Origin: an uncultured Actinomycetota bacterium | Lineage (GTDB): Bacteria > Actinomycetota > Actinomycetes > Mycobacteriales > SCTD01 | Reading direction: 5' to 3' | Assembly: GCA_963761655.1 (NCBI GenBank) | Contig: CAVXHI010000011.1 | Location: forward strand, 544,935-608,934 | DNA length: 64,000 nucleotides | In this document: piece by piece, positions 50,294 through 58,134 of the stretch | Layout: every line of letters starts with the position of its first letter | How positions within the stretch are numbered: position 1 is the first letter of the stretch | Program-made: the position numbers and the translations under genes | The notes under the pieces: model-generated | The model's input: the letters and a program-made list of their open reading frames with translations, nothing else | Told to the model about the DNA's origin: nothing | Databases searched by the model: none

Positions 50294-50491
50294 ATGGACG
50301 GCACCGGCCGCCGCCCCCACCCTGGGCAGGTGCTCGCCGTGACCTGCCTGACCTGCGCCGTCCAGCTCGCCCGTCCCGCGGACGGGTCCCGTGACGACGC
50401 CGACGTCGTGCGCTCCTTCCTCGTCCGGCACAGCGACGACGCGTGCGTGACCGGTCTGGACCTCCCGGCGGTGCGCCCGCACCTGGTGTGA
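50294..50491 (+). CDS. small hypothetical protein (65 aa or shorter)
   Basis: Third codon positions are almost all G/C. The stop overlaps GTG 50488 of the next gene (GTGA). Contains CLTC...H..C. Confidence 0.5.
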   Translation: MDGTGRRPHPGQVLAVTCLTCAVQLARPADGSRDDADVVRSFLVRHSDDACVTGLDLPAVRPHLV

Positions 50492-51354
50492 CCCGTACGG
50501 TCGCCGCCGTGGACACCCTCTCCGTCGACGCGGCCGGCCTGACCTTCGGCTGCCTCACCTGGGGAGCCCCCGGGGACCCGCTCGTGCTGCTCGTCCACGG
50601 CTACCCGGACACGCCGCACACCTGGCGCCACCTCGCTCCGCTGCTCGCCGCCGAGGGCCGGTACGTCGTCGCGCCGGCCACCCGCGGCTACGGCCCGACC
50701 GACGTCCCCGCGGACGGCGACTACCTCGGGCGCGTGCTCGGCGAGGACCTCGTCGCCCTGCACGCCGCCCTCGGCGGTGACGAGCGCGCCGTCCTCGTCG
50801 GCCACGACTGGGGCGCCGTCGCCACGTACGCCGTCACCGCGCACGCCCCCGACACCTTCCGCCGGTACGTGACCCTGGCCGTCCCGCCGCCGGCCGCCCT
50901 GCTGCAGGCGTTCACCTCGCCGCGCACCCTGCTCACCGGCGTCCGGCAGCTGGGCAACAGCTGGTACTTCGCCTACAACCAGCTGCCCGGCGTCGAGGCG
51001 ACCCTGGACCGGGTCATCGCGAAGCACTGGCGGGACTGGTCCCCCGGGTACGACGCCACCGAGGACGTCGCCCACGTGCTCGCCGCGCTCGACACCCCGG
51101 CTCGACGTCGGGCCGCGCTCGGCTACTACCGGCAGAACCTGCGCGGCGGCGCGCCCGAGGGCTTCCGCACCGTCCCGCGCGCTCCCGTCCTCTACCTGCA
51201 CGGCACCGACGACGGCTGCCTGCGCGCCGACCTCGCCGCGACCGCGCAGCTGCCTCCCGGGAGCGGCTTCGGCCTGGTGCCGGGAGCCGGGCACTTCCTG
51301 CAGCTCGAGCGGCCGCAGCGGGTGCACCGGCTCATCCAGGACTGGATCTCCTGA
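50488..51354 (+). CDS. alpha/beta hydrolase (epoxide-hydrolase-like)
   Basis: LLVHGYPDTPHTW, nucleophile motif GHDWGA, C-terminal GAGHFLQLERP. The start is GTG 50488 or 50509. Confidence 0.8.
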   Translation: MTRTVAAVDTLSVDAAGLTFGCLTWGAPGDPLVLLVHGYPDTPHTWRHLAPLLAAEGRYVVAPATRGYGPTDVPADGDYLGRVLGEDLVALHAALGGDERAVLVGHDWGAVATYAVTAHAPDTFRRYVTLAVPPPAALLQAFTSPRTLLTGVRQLGNSWYFAYNQLPGVEATLDRVIAKHWRDWSPGYDATEDVAHVLAALDTPARRRAALGYYRQNLRGGAPEGFRTVPRAPVLYLHGTDDGCLRADLAATAQLPPGSGFGLVPGAGHFLQLERPQRVHRLIQDWIS

Positions 51355-52178
51355 CGGTCCGCCTGCTCGCCCTCACCCTGGCTGCCCGCGAGACGAGGGC
51401 TCCCTGGAGCACCGCGACGTACGAGGCCCACCGGGCCGCGGTCGCTGCCCTGGTCGACGAGCTGGGGCCGGACCTCGCCCGCGACGACGCCCTGCAGTCC
51501 GTGCACGACGACGACCCCGCGGTGCGCGCCCTGGCCGTCGACGTCCTGGGTGCCCTCGCCGACCGCGACCCCAGGGCGCTGCCCCTGCTGCTCGCTGTCG
51601 CGGGGACGGCCGCACAGGACCCGGACGACGACGTGCGGTGGGCCGTCGCGGACGCGCTCGACCACGGCGACGACCCGCGGGTGGTGCCGGTCCTGCTCCG
51701 GCTGACCCACGACGCCGACCACGACGTCCGCTGGAAGGCTGTCACCGCGCTCCCCCTGCTGCTCCAGGACCCCGCATCGGACGACCCCGGCGTCCAGGCG
51801 CTGCTGCGGGCGTGTGCCGACGAGGACCCGGACGTGCGCGACTGGGCGGCCTTCGGGCTGGGCGTCCTGCTCGACGTCGACACCCCCGCCGTCCGGGACG
51901 CGCTGGCGACGCTCCTCGAGGACGCCGAGGCCGACACCGCCGGTGAGGCCGCCGTCGGTCTCGCCCGACGTCGCGATCCCCGGGTGCTGGCAGTCCTCCT
52001 GCGGGAGCTCGCCACGCCCGACGTCGGCAACCTGTACGTCGAGGCGGCGGGAGAGCTCGGGGACCCGGCCCTGCTGCCGGCGCTCCTGGCGCTGCAGGCG
52101 GCGGGGTGGCAGACGGACCACGAGCCGCGGCCAGGGGTCCTGGACGAGGCGCTGCGGAGCTGTCGCGGCCCCGGCTGA
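51351..52178 (+). CDS. HEAT-repeat protein (5' limit unresolved; first canonical start is GTG 51501)
   Basis: Repeated D(P/D)DxxVRxxAaxAL units (DDDPAVRALAVDVLG, DPDDDVRWAVADAL, DADHDVRWKAVTAL, DEDPDVRDWAAFGL). In-frame coding-type composition extends from 51351 with no ATG/GTG/TTG. Confidence 0.7.
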   Translation: MTVRLLALTLAARETRAPWSTATYEAHRAAVAALVDELGPDLARDDALQSVHDDDPAVRALAVDVLGALADRDPRALPLLLAVAGTAAQDPDDDVRWAVADALDHGDDPRVVPVLLRLTHDADHDVRWKAVTALPLLLQDPASDDPGVQALLRACADEDPDVRDWAAFGLGVLLDVDTPAVRDALATLLEDAEADTAGEAAVGLARRRDPRVLAVLLRELATPDVGNLYVEAAGELGDPALLPALLALQAAGWQTDHEPRPGVLDEALRSCRGPG

Positions 52179-52392
52179 CCGCCGCCCGGCTCGTCCCCGC
52201 CGGAGGTCTTCGGCCGCCGTCCGCAGGTCCTCCTGGTCGGGCGTGCCGTGGGCCTGTCCTGTTCGCCTTCGACCCCTTCAGGAGCTCCCCGCAAAGATGT
52301 TGACGTCGTTCTTCTCGGGGGTCGTTGTGGGGCCTGTTCTTGTCGGACCCGGGTGACAGGCTCGCCTCAGCGATCAGGGGGAGGGGGCAGTC

Positions 52393-54096
52393 ATGTTCGA
52401 GAAGCGTCGGTCGACGAGTGGGCTGTTCCCGGTGTGCCGTTCGGTGCTGTCGCCGACGACCCCGTCGAGGTCGCCCAGCCCGTCGTGGACCCTTCTCCCG
52501 GCGCGGACGTCGTGGCGCTCGCTGTGGCTGTGGAGCGGGCCCTGCTGGTGGTGCCGTCGGTGCTGTCGCCCCGTGCGGCGGTGGTCCGGGCGGAGGCGCT
52601 GCTGGCGCTGCAGGAACGGGTCGGCGGCGGCGGCCCTGTGTGCGGTCGCTGATGTGGAGGAGCGGGGCTTGTGGCGGGAGCGGCAGGCCGGGTCGACCCG
52701 GACGTGGCTGCGGACGCTGCCGTGCGGCGACACCGGTCAGCTCGCGCTGAGCCGGCTGCTGCGGGACCGGCCGGTGCTCGGGCAGGCGTTCGCCGACGGC
52801 CGCGTCTCGGCGAGGACGTTCGGGGCGGTCGCTCGTGAGCTCGCCCGCGTCCCGCTCCAGGTGGAGCCGGAGCAGCTCGAGGGCGTGCTCGTCGACGGTC
52901 TCGGCGAGGTGCTGCGGGTCTGGGCGGGCGCGGCGTGCCTGGACCCGACCCCGGAGCAGGAGGCGGTGTTCGACGAGCGCCGGGAGCTGCTCGCGACCGT
53001 GGTCCGGTCAGGGCTGCAGGACACCTGGTCCGACGCTGCGGGCAAGCTCGAACCGGCGTTCACGCTGGCGGCGACGGTGCTGGCTCCGGCGGAGGTCGTC
53101 TCGGGGGTGCGGCTGCTGGTCGACGCCCTGCAGCCCGAGGCGCAGACCGACCAGGCGGCCGAGCAGGCGTACCGCGACCGGGGGCTGTCGCTGCGCAAGC
53201 TCAAGTCCGGCGGCTGGTCGTTGCGGGCGCACCTGACCGACGAGGTCGGGCAGCACCTGCACGACGAGCTCGTGTCCCGCGACCCGGACAGTCCGGCCCA
53301 CAAGGCCCGCCTGACCCGGCAGCACGCCGCACCCGACCCCGACGGCGTCACCGTCGAGGACGTCCTGCGGCCCGACGCGACCGACCAGGACTCGCCGGGC
53401 AGGGCGACGGAGACCGACGGGAACGGGGACGACGACCGCATCGAGGCCGCCACGCCCGAGGACGTCGACCTCGACGTCGATGCTGCCGAGACGGACCGCT
53501 TCGGTGCCGCCGGCGCGGGCGTCGACCCCGACCCGTTCGACGGTCACGTCGAGGGCGAGGTCCTGGGCAGCCGCGACCAGCGCGCCCACGACGCGTTCGC
53601 CCAGCTCCTCGCCGACCTCACCACCTGCGCCCCCAGCGCCGGCACCCCCGCGCCCAGCCACCTCACCATCACTGCCAGCGTCGACGCCCTCGACGGCACG
53701 CCCGGAGCACCACCGGGCCGCCTCCACACCAGCAGCGGCGACGTCCCCCTCACCCCCAGCCAACTACGCCGGCACGGCTGCACCAGCCTGCTGTCCGCGG
53801 TCCTCACCGACGCGCGAGACAGACCGGTCGCAGCCTCCGGCGACCACCGGCACGCCACCGCCCGGGAACGCCGCGCCCTGCACGCCGCCTGGGGCACCAC
53901 CTGCGCCGTCAACGGCTGCACCCACACCGGCACCGTGCCGCACCACGCCGAACCCTGGTGGAAGACCCACCAGACCACCGTCAAAGACCTCGTCCCGCTC
54001 TGCCAGCACCACCACCACGACCTGCACGACGGCAGCAAGACCCTGCGCCTGCGCGACGACCGGTGCATCGACGAGTGGGGCTGGACAAGCAGCTGA
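52393..54096 (+). CDS. DUF222 / HNH endonuclease family protein (13E12-repeat-like); N-terminal about 80 codons appear out of frame
   Basis: C-terminal HNH box CAVNGCTHTGTVPHHAEPWW...LVPLCQHHHHDLH. DUF222-like AVADVEERGLWRERQAGSTRTWL. Residues about 7-80 are W/C/R-rich, while the -1 frame reads a normal sequence ending LSPRAAVVRAEALLALQERVGGGG. Confidence 0.75.
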   Translation: MFEKRRSTSGLFPVCRSVLSPTTPSRSPSPSWTLLPARTSWRSLWLWSGPCWWCRRCCRPVRRWSGRRRCWRCRNGSAAAALCAVADVEERGLWRERQAGSTRTWLRTLPCGDTGQLALSRLLRDRPVLGQAFADGRVSARTFGAVARELARVPLQVEPEQLEGVLVDGLGEVLRVWAGAACLDPTPEQEAVFDERRELLATVVRSGLQDTWSDAAGKLEPAFTLAATVLAPAEVVSGVRLLVDALQPEAQTDQAAEQAYRDRGLSLRKLKSGGWSLRAHLTDEVGQHLHDELVSRDPDSPAHKARLTRQHAAPDPDGVTVEDVLRPDATDQDSPGRATETDGNGDDDRIEAATPEDVDLDVDAAETDRFGAAGAGVDPDPFDGHVEGEVLGSRDQRAHDAFAQLLADLTTCAPSAGTPAPSHLTITASVDALDGTPGAPPGRLHTSSGDVPLTPSQLRRHGCTSLLSAVLTDARDRPVAASGDHRHATARERRALHAAWGTTCAVNGCTHTGTVPHHAEPWWKTHQTTVKDLVPLCQHHHHDLHDGSKTLRLRDDRCIDEWGWTSS

Positions 54097-54114
54097 CCCA
54101 CGAGCAGGGCGGCG

Positions 54115-54588
54115 CTAGAAGAGGGTCTCGTCGGACGGTCCGCGCTCCAGCGCCAGCAGGGCCGTCTTGCGCTCCACCCCGCCCGCGTAGCCGCGCAGGT
54201 TCCCGTCGCTGCCGATCACCCGGTGGCACGGCACGAGCACGGCGACCGGGTTGCGCCCGTTCGCCGACCCGACCGCACGGACCGCGCCGGGAGACCCGAC
54301 GCGCTGGGCCAGCTCCGCGTACGTCGCCGTCGTCCCGTACGGGATGCGCTGCAGCTCCGCCCAGACGGCCTGCTGGAACGGCGTCCCCGGCGGCCGGACC
54401 GGCACGGTGAACGCGCGGCGTCCGGAGCAGAAGTACTCGGTCAGCTCGCGCACGCCCTGGTCGAGCACGGGGCACGAGGACGGCTCACCTGCGGGCAGCT
54501 CGGCCGGCGCGAACGACACCCGCACCAGCACGCCGTCGGACTCCGACAGCAGCACGTCCCCGAGCGGCGACGGGCAGGTGGTCCACAC
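54115..54588 (-). CDS. ogt: methylated-DNA--protein-cysteine methyltransferase
   Basis: TPFQQAVWAELQRIPYGTTATYAELA, NGRNPVAVLVPCHRVIGSDG (PCHRV active site). GTG 54588. Confidence 0.9.
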   Translation of the reverse strand: MWTTCPSPLGDVLLSESDGVLVRVSFAPAELPAGEPSSCPVLDQGVRELTEYFCSGRRAFTVPVRPPGTPFQQAVWAELQRIPYGTTATYAELAQRVGSPGAVRAVGSANGRNPVAVLVPCHRVIGSDGNLRGYAGGVERKTALLALERGPSDETLF

Positions 54589-54612
54589 CCGGCCGACCGT
54601 ACTGTCCAGCAG

Positions 54613-55212
54613 GTGCGATGCGGGCCGGCAGCAGGTGGAGGCCGCTGGGTCGACGTCCCGCCGGAGCGGCTGGCCGGCTGGCTCGCCCGCTTCGCCGAGG
54701 AGCACGGGTCGGTGACCGTCGACGGCCTGGCGCACTCGGCGCAGGACGGCGCCGTCGCCGTCCTCACGCCCCCGTACCGTCCCGTGAGCGAGGAGCTGAC
54801 GCCGGACCTCCGGGTCGGGGTGCTGCTCGTCCGGCTCGGCGGGTACGCCGCCGGGGTCTTCGAAGGGACGACGTTGATCACCAGCAAGGTCGGCAGCCGG
54901 CAGGTCCACGGCCGCAGCGCGGCGGGCGGGCAGAGCCAGCAGCGGTTCGCCCGACGGCGCGACAACCAGGTCACGGTCGCCTACGCGACGGCGGCCGACA
55001 ACGCGGTGCGCCACCTGGCCGCCGAGCGGCTGGACGTCGTCGTCACGGGCGGGGAGCGCACGGCGGTCGACGCGGTGCTGGCCGACCGTCGTCTGGAGCA
55101 CCTGCGGGCGAAGGTCGTCGACCGGCTGCTCGACGTGCCCGACCCCCGGCACGCCGTCCTGCTGGGCAGCCCGGGGCTGTTCCGCGCGGTCCGCGTCACG
55201 GTCCACGCATGA
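54613..55212 (+). CDS. acVLRF1-like (Vms1/ANKZF1-related) peptidyl-tRNA hydrolase family protein
   Basis: 199 aa. VLLVRLGGYAAGVFEG...SKVGSRQVHGRSAAGGQSQQRFARRRDNQ carries the GGQ-like Gln loop plus the RFxRRR of VLRF1 domains. GTG 54613 lies 24 nt from the divergent ogt start. Confidence 0.65.
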   Translation: MRCGPAAGGGRWVDVPPERLAGWLARFAEEHGSVTVDGLAHSAQDGAVAVLTPPYRPVSEELTPDLRVGVLLVRLGGYAAGVFEGTTLITSKVGSRQVHGRSAAGGQSQQRFARRRDNQVTVAYATAADNAVRHLAAERLDVVVTGGERTAVDAVLADRRLEHLRAKVVDRLLDVPDPRHAVLLGSPGLFRAVRVTVHA

Positions 55213-55904
55213 CGCCGCCGGACAGGCTGCGCACCACCAGCACGCCCGAGGACCGCGCCCTGCTGAACGCGGTGCTCGGCGTCGTCGTCCCGGTCGACGA
55301 CGTCCCCGCGCTGCTCGACCCGCGTGGCGCCCGGTTCCAGCGCCTGGAGTGGCTGGGCGACAGCCTGCTCGACGTCCTGGTGGCCCGGGTCCGCGCGAGC
55401 GAGCCGTCCCTGCGCCGGCAGGACCTCACCAGCGACGCCGCCCTGGCCGAGAGGGTCCTGGCGACCGGGCTGCCGGAGCGGCTCGACTGGGAGCCGTCGC
55501 CGCAGCGGCTGGCCGACCTCGTCGAGGCCGCGATCGCCGCAGGCCACCGGGCGGCCGGCTTCTTCGGCGCCCGCACCGTCGCGGTGCGCCTGGTGTCGGA
55601 GGTCCTGGCGCAGCCGGCGGTGCCGAAGGGGCTCACCGCGGCCCAGGCGGCCGAGGCGGGGAGCGCCGTGATGGAGGCAGCCGTCGCGCTGCTGCTGTTC
55701 GCCAAGCACCCGGACGACGACGAGGGCGAGCTGTCGACGCGGCGGGCCGGGCTGCTCGACAGCGACCGGGTGGCGCGCCGGCACGGCGACGGCCAGGGCC
55801 CGGTCGGGGAGCAGGTCGACCGGCTCCAGGCGGAGCTCGGCCGGGTGCTGGTCATCCGGGGAGAGCAGGCCGCCGTCCACGCCGCGCTGCCGTACCTGCG
55901 CTGA
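55209..55904 (+). CDS. RNase III catalytic-domain protein without dsRBD (Mini-III-like)
   Basis: ATGA overlap with the upstream stop. RNase III signature FQRLEWLGDSLLDVLVA and second acidic motif LADLVEAAIAA. 231 aa. Confidence 0.65.
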   Translation: MTPPDRLRTTSTPEDRALLNAVLGVVVPVDDVPALLDPRGARFQRLEWLGDSLLDVLVARVRASEPSLRRQDLTSDAALAERVLATGLPERLDWEPSPQRLADLVEAAIAAGHRAAGFFGARTVAVRLVSEVLAQPAVPKGLTAAQAAEAGSAVMEAAVALLLFAKHPDDDEGELSTRRAGLLDSDRVARRHGDGQGPVGEQVDRLQAELGRVLVIRGEQAAVHAALPYLR

Positions 55905-57177
55905 CGGCCACGACCGCGAGCGCCGCCCCGTAGGACAGCCGCCCGACGAGCTGCTCGGGTCCGTCCAGGATCGTGACGAAGAACAGCGGGTAGGCGGCGG
56001 CCGCCACCGCGAGGCCGGGCCACCAGCCGGACACGCAGACCAGCGCGACGAGCAGCAGCGAGTACCAGGGCTGCACCGGCGTCAGCAGCAGGAAGACCCC
56101 GCTGAGCAGGCGCGCACCGGCGTCGGGGAACGGCAGCGACGTCCGCAGCGCCCACCCGACGACGCCGACCAGCCCCAGCGCGACCACGACGGTCGCGGCC
56201 GTCCCCGAGAGCCCGAGCAGTCCGACGAGCAGGTAGCGCGTGCCCTCGCCGTACTTCTCCTCGGCGAGGTAGCCGGGCAGGTAGCCGACGACGCGGGTGC
56301 CGACGGCGAGCACGTGCGGCAGGTAGCCGAGCACCGCGACCGCGGCCGCGACCAGCACGACCCCGACCGGACGACGGCCCCGGCGCAGCAGCAGCGGGAA
56401 CAGCAGCGCCGGGTACACCTTCACCAGCGTCGCGAGGGCGAGCAGCGCCGACGCCGGGAGCACCCGGCCGCGCCGCTCCAGCGCGACCGCCCCGCAGACG
56501 AGCAGCACCCCGAGGACGTCGACGTGCGCGTTCTGCACCGCCTCGAGCACCGGCAGCGGCGTCAGCGCGTAGACGGCGGCCCAGCGGCGGTCGCGGGCGA
56601 GGGCCAGCAGGCAGGCGAGGACGGCGAGGTCGAGCACGAGCCCCGCGCCCTCGTAGCCGCGGTCCCGCGCCTGCAGGGGCACGACCTGGTGCTCCAGCCA
56701 GAACCACGCCTCCGCCACGGGCGGGTAGATGGTCCGCACGTTCGCCCGGTTGATCTTCGTCTGCGTGTCGGTGCCGCGCAGCGAGGGCGGCCAGATCCAG
56801 TCCATGCCCTCGACGTCGCGCAGGCGCTCCAGCTGCGGCGCCTCGGGCACGTACCGGTACGGGTCGATGCCCTCGCTCTGCACGACGCCGTCCCAGGCGT
56901 ACCGGTAGAGGTCGTCGGACAGCGGCGCCTTCGGCGACAGCGCCGCGAGCCGGACGACGACGGCGCCGAGCAGCAGCAGCGCGACGGCGGTGCGGCGCGG
57001 CAGGCGCAGGACGCAGAGCACGGTGCCGGCCGACACCAGCGCCCAGACGGCGATCACCAGCAGCAGCGCGTACCGGCGCTCGATGATCCCGCCCGGGCCC
57101 GAGGACAGCCGCGCCAGCACGGCCTGCACCGCGACGCCGGCGACCGCACCGGCGAGCAGCAGCCGGTGCCGGGTCAC
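55852..57177 (-). CDS. polytopic glycosyltransferase, GT87/DUF2029 (PimE-like mannosyltransferase) family
   Basis: About 441 aa with about 10 TM segments. Early loop SDDLYRYAWDGVVQSEGIDPYRY is typical of DUF2029/GT87 enzymes. GTG 57177. The 3' end overlaps the convergent RNase III-domain gene by 53 nt. Confidence 0.7.
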   Translation of the reverse strand: MTRHRLLLAGAVAGVAVQAVLARLSSGPGGIIERRYALLLVIAVWALVSAGTVLCVLRLPRRTAVALLLLGAVVVRLAALSPKAPLSDDLYRYAWDGVVQSEGIDPYRYVPEAPQLERLRDVEGMDWIWPPSLRGTDTQTKINRANVRTIYPPVAEAWFWLEHQVVPLQARDRGYEGAGLVLDLAVLACLLALARDRRWAAVYALTPLPVLEAVQNAHVDVLGVLLVCGAVALERRGRVLPASALLALATLVKVYPALLFPLLLRRGRRPVGVVLVAAAVAVLGYLPHVLAVGTRVVGYLPGYLAEEKYGEGTRYLLVGLLGLSGTAATVVVALGLVGVVGWALRTSLPFPDAGARLLSGVFLLLTPVQPWYSLLLVALVCVSGWWPGLAVAAAAYPLFFVTILDGPEQLVGRLSYGAALAVVAVSAGTAARRGRRPALPG

Positions 57178-57192
57178 CGCACGGACAGTAGG

Positions 57193-57212
57193 CCTGTGGC
57201 AGGCGCCACAGG
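57193..57212. promoter_or_regulatory. perfect inverted repeat CCTGTGGC-aggc-GCCACAGG in a divergent intergenic region
   Basis: 8-bp arms with a 4-nt spacer. It lies 16-35 nt upstream of the GT87 start and about 100 nt upstream of lipoprotein gene 1. The function (operator or 5' stem-loop) is inferred only. Confidence 0.3.
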
Positions 57213-57309
57213 TGGACGGCGAACCGGACGGGCATCCCTGACGAACGACCTGACAAGACAGTGCACGAGCCGGCAGACCTCCTGCCGTGCGATGAGAGGA
57301 CCTGACCCC

Positions 57310-57981
57310 ATGCGCATCACCAAGAGCCGCAAGGCCTTCACGACGATCGCCCTGGCCGGCACCCTGGCCCTGAGCATGTCCGCGTGCAGCAACAACGACG
57401 CCGAGAGCGGCAGCGACAACACGCCGGCCGCCGCCGCCACCCCGGCCGCCGTCATCGCGAACCTGACCGGCACCACGACCGCCGTGAAGCTCGACCAGGG
57501 CTTCGTCGACGGCCTCACCAGCCTCAAGCTGACCCCCGGCGTCATCGGCACCGCCAAGCTCACCGACGGCAGCCTCGTCTTCCCGATCACCGGTGGCAAC
57601 GCGAAGTACTGGACGCCCGGCACGCACGAGCCGTACGTCGAGGGCTCCCTCATGCACGACGGCTCGGGCATCACCCTCGAGGACGCCGCCAAGAAGACCA
57701 AGGTCTCCCTCGAGAACTTCGTCGTCGACCCGGGCACCTCGATGCTGACCGGCAAGGTCTCCGCCAACGGCACCGTCGTCGCCGAGTCCGCTCCCCTGTT
57801 CTTCCTCGACGGCAGCACCCTCCAGCCGCTCAAGATGGAGAACGGCGCGCCCGTCCTCGAGGGCACCACGGTCTCCCTCACCAAGACGGCTGCCGACCTG
57901 CTGAACAAGACCTACGGCACCACCGCTCTCACCGAGTTCTTCAAGGTCGGCGTCGCGAAGATCACCCTCGCCGGCAGCTAG
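57310..57981 (+). CDS. uncharacterized lipoprotein (paralogue A)
   Basis: Lipobox LALSMSAC and GAGAGGA before ATG 57310. Homologous to 58135..58791 (shared FPITGGNA.Y.TPGT..PYV.G...HDGSG, NF.VDPG.SMLTG.V.ANGT.V.E..PLFFLDGSTL.PL). Confidence 0.75.
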   Translation: MRITKSRKAFTTIALAGTLALSMSACSNNDAESGSDNTPAAAATPAAVIANLTGTTTAVKLDQGFVDGLTSLKLTPGVIGTAKLTDGSLVFPITGGNAKYWTPGTHEPYVEGSLMHDGSGITLEDAAKKTKVSLENFVVDPGTSMLTGKVSANGTVVAESAPLFFLDGSTLQPLKMENGAPVLEGTTVSLTKTAADLLNKTYGTTALTEFFKVGVAKITLAGS

Positions 57982-57998
57982 TACCTCCCTGCACCTCC

Positions 57999-58033
57999 GA
58001 CACCCCGCGCAGCCACCGGCTGCGCGGGGTGTC
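57999..58033 (+). terminator. intrinsic terminator hairpin after lipoprotein A
   Basis: 15-bp perfect stem GACACCCCGCGCAGC / GCTGCGCGGGGTGTC with loop CACCG, 18 nt after the stop. Confidence 0.7.
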
Positions 58034-58134
58034 GTGCGTCACGGGTCACCCGTCCGAGTGAACCGGCCGCCGCCCGCCCGCGAACGACGTGCGACACCCC
58101 AGCGGCACCGCCGCTCCTCGAGAGGACCCACCCC

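Noticed and set aside
52393-54096. Calling the DUF222/HNH gene a mobile element or insertion.
   Set aside because: I found no terminal inverted repeats, target-site duplication, transposase or integrase. Only the family's reputation as multi-copy, and a slightly lower-GC upstream stretch, point that way.
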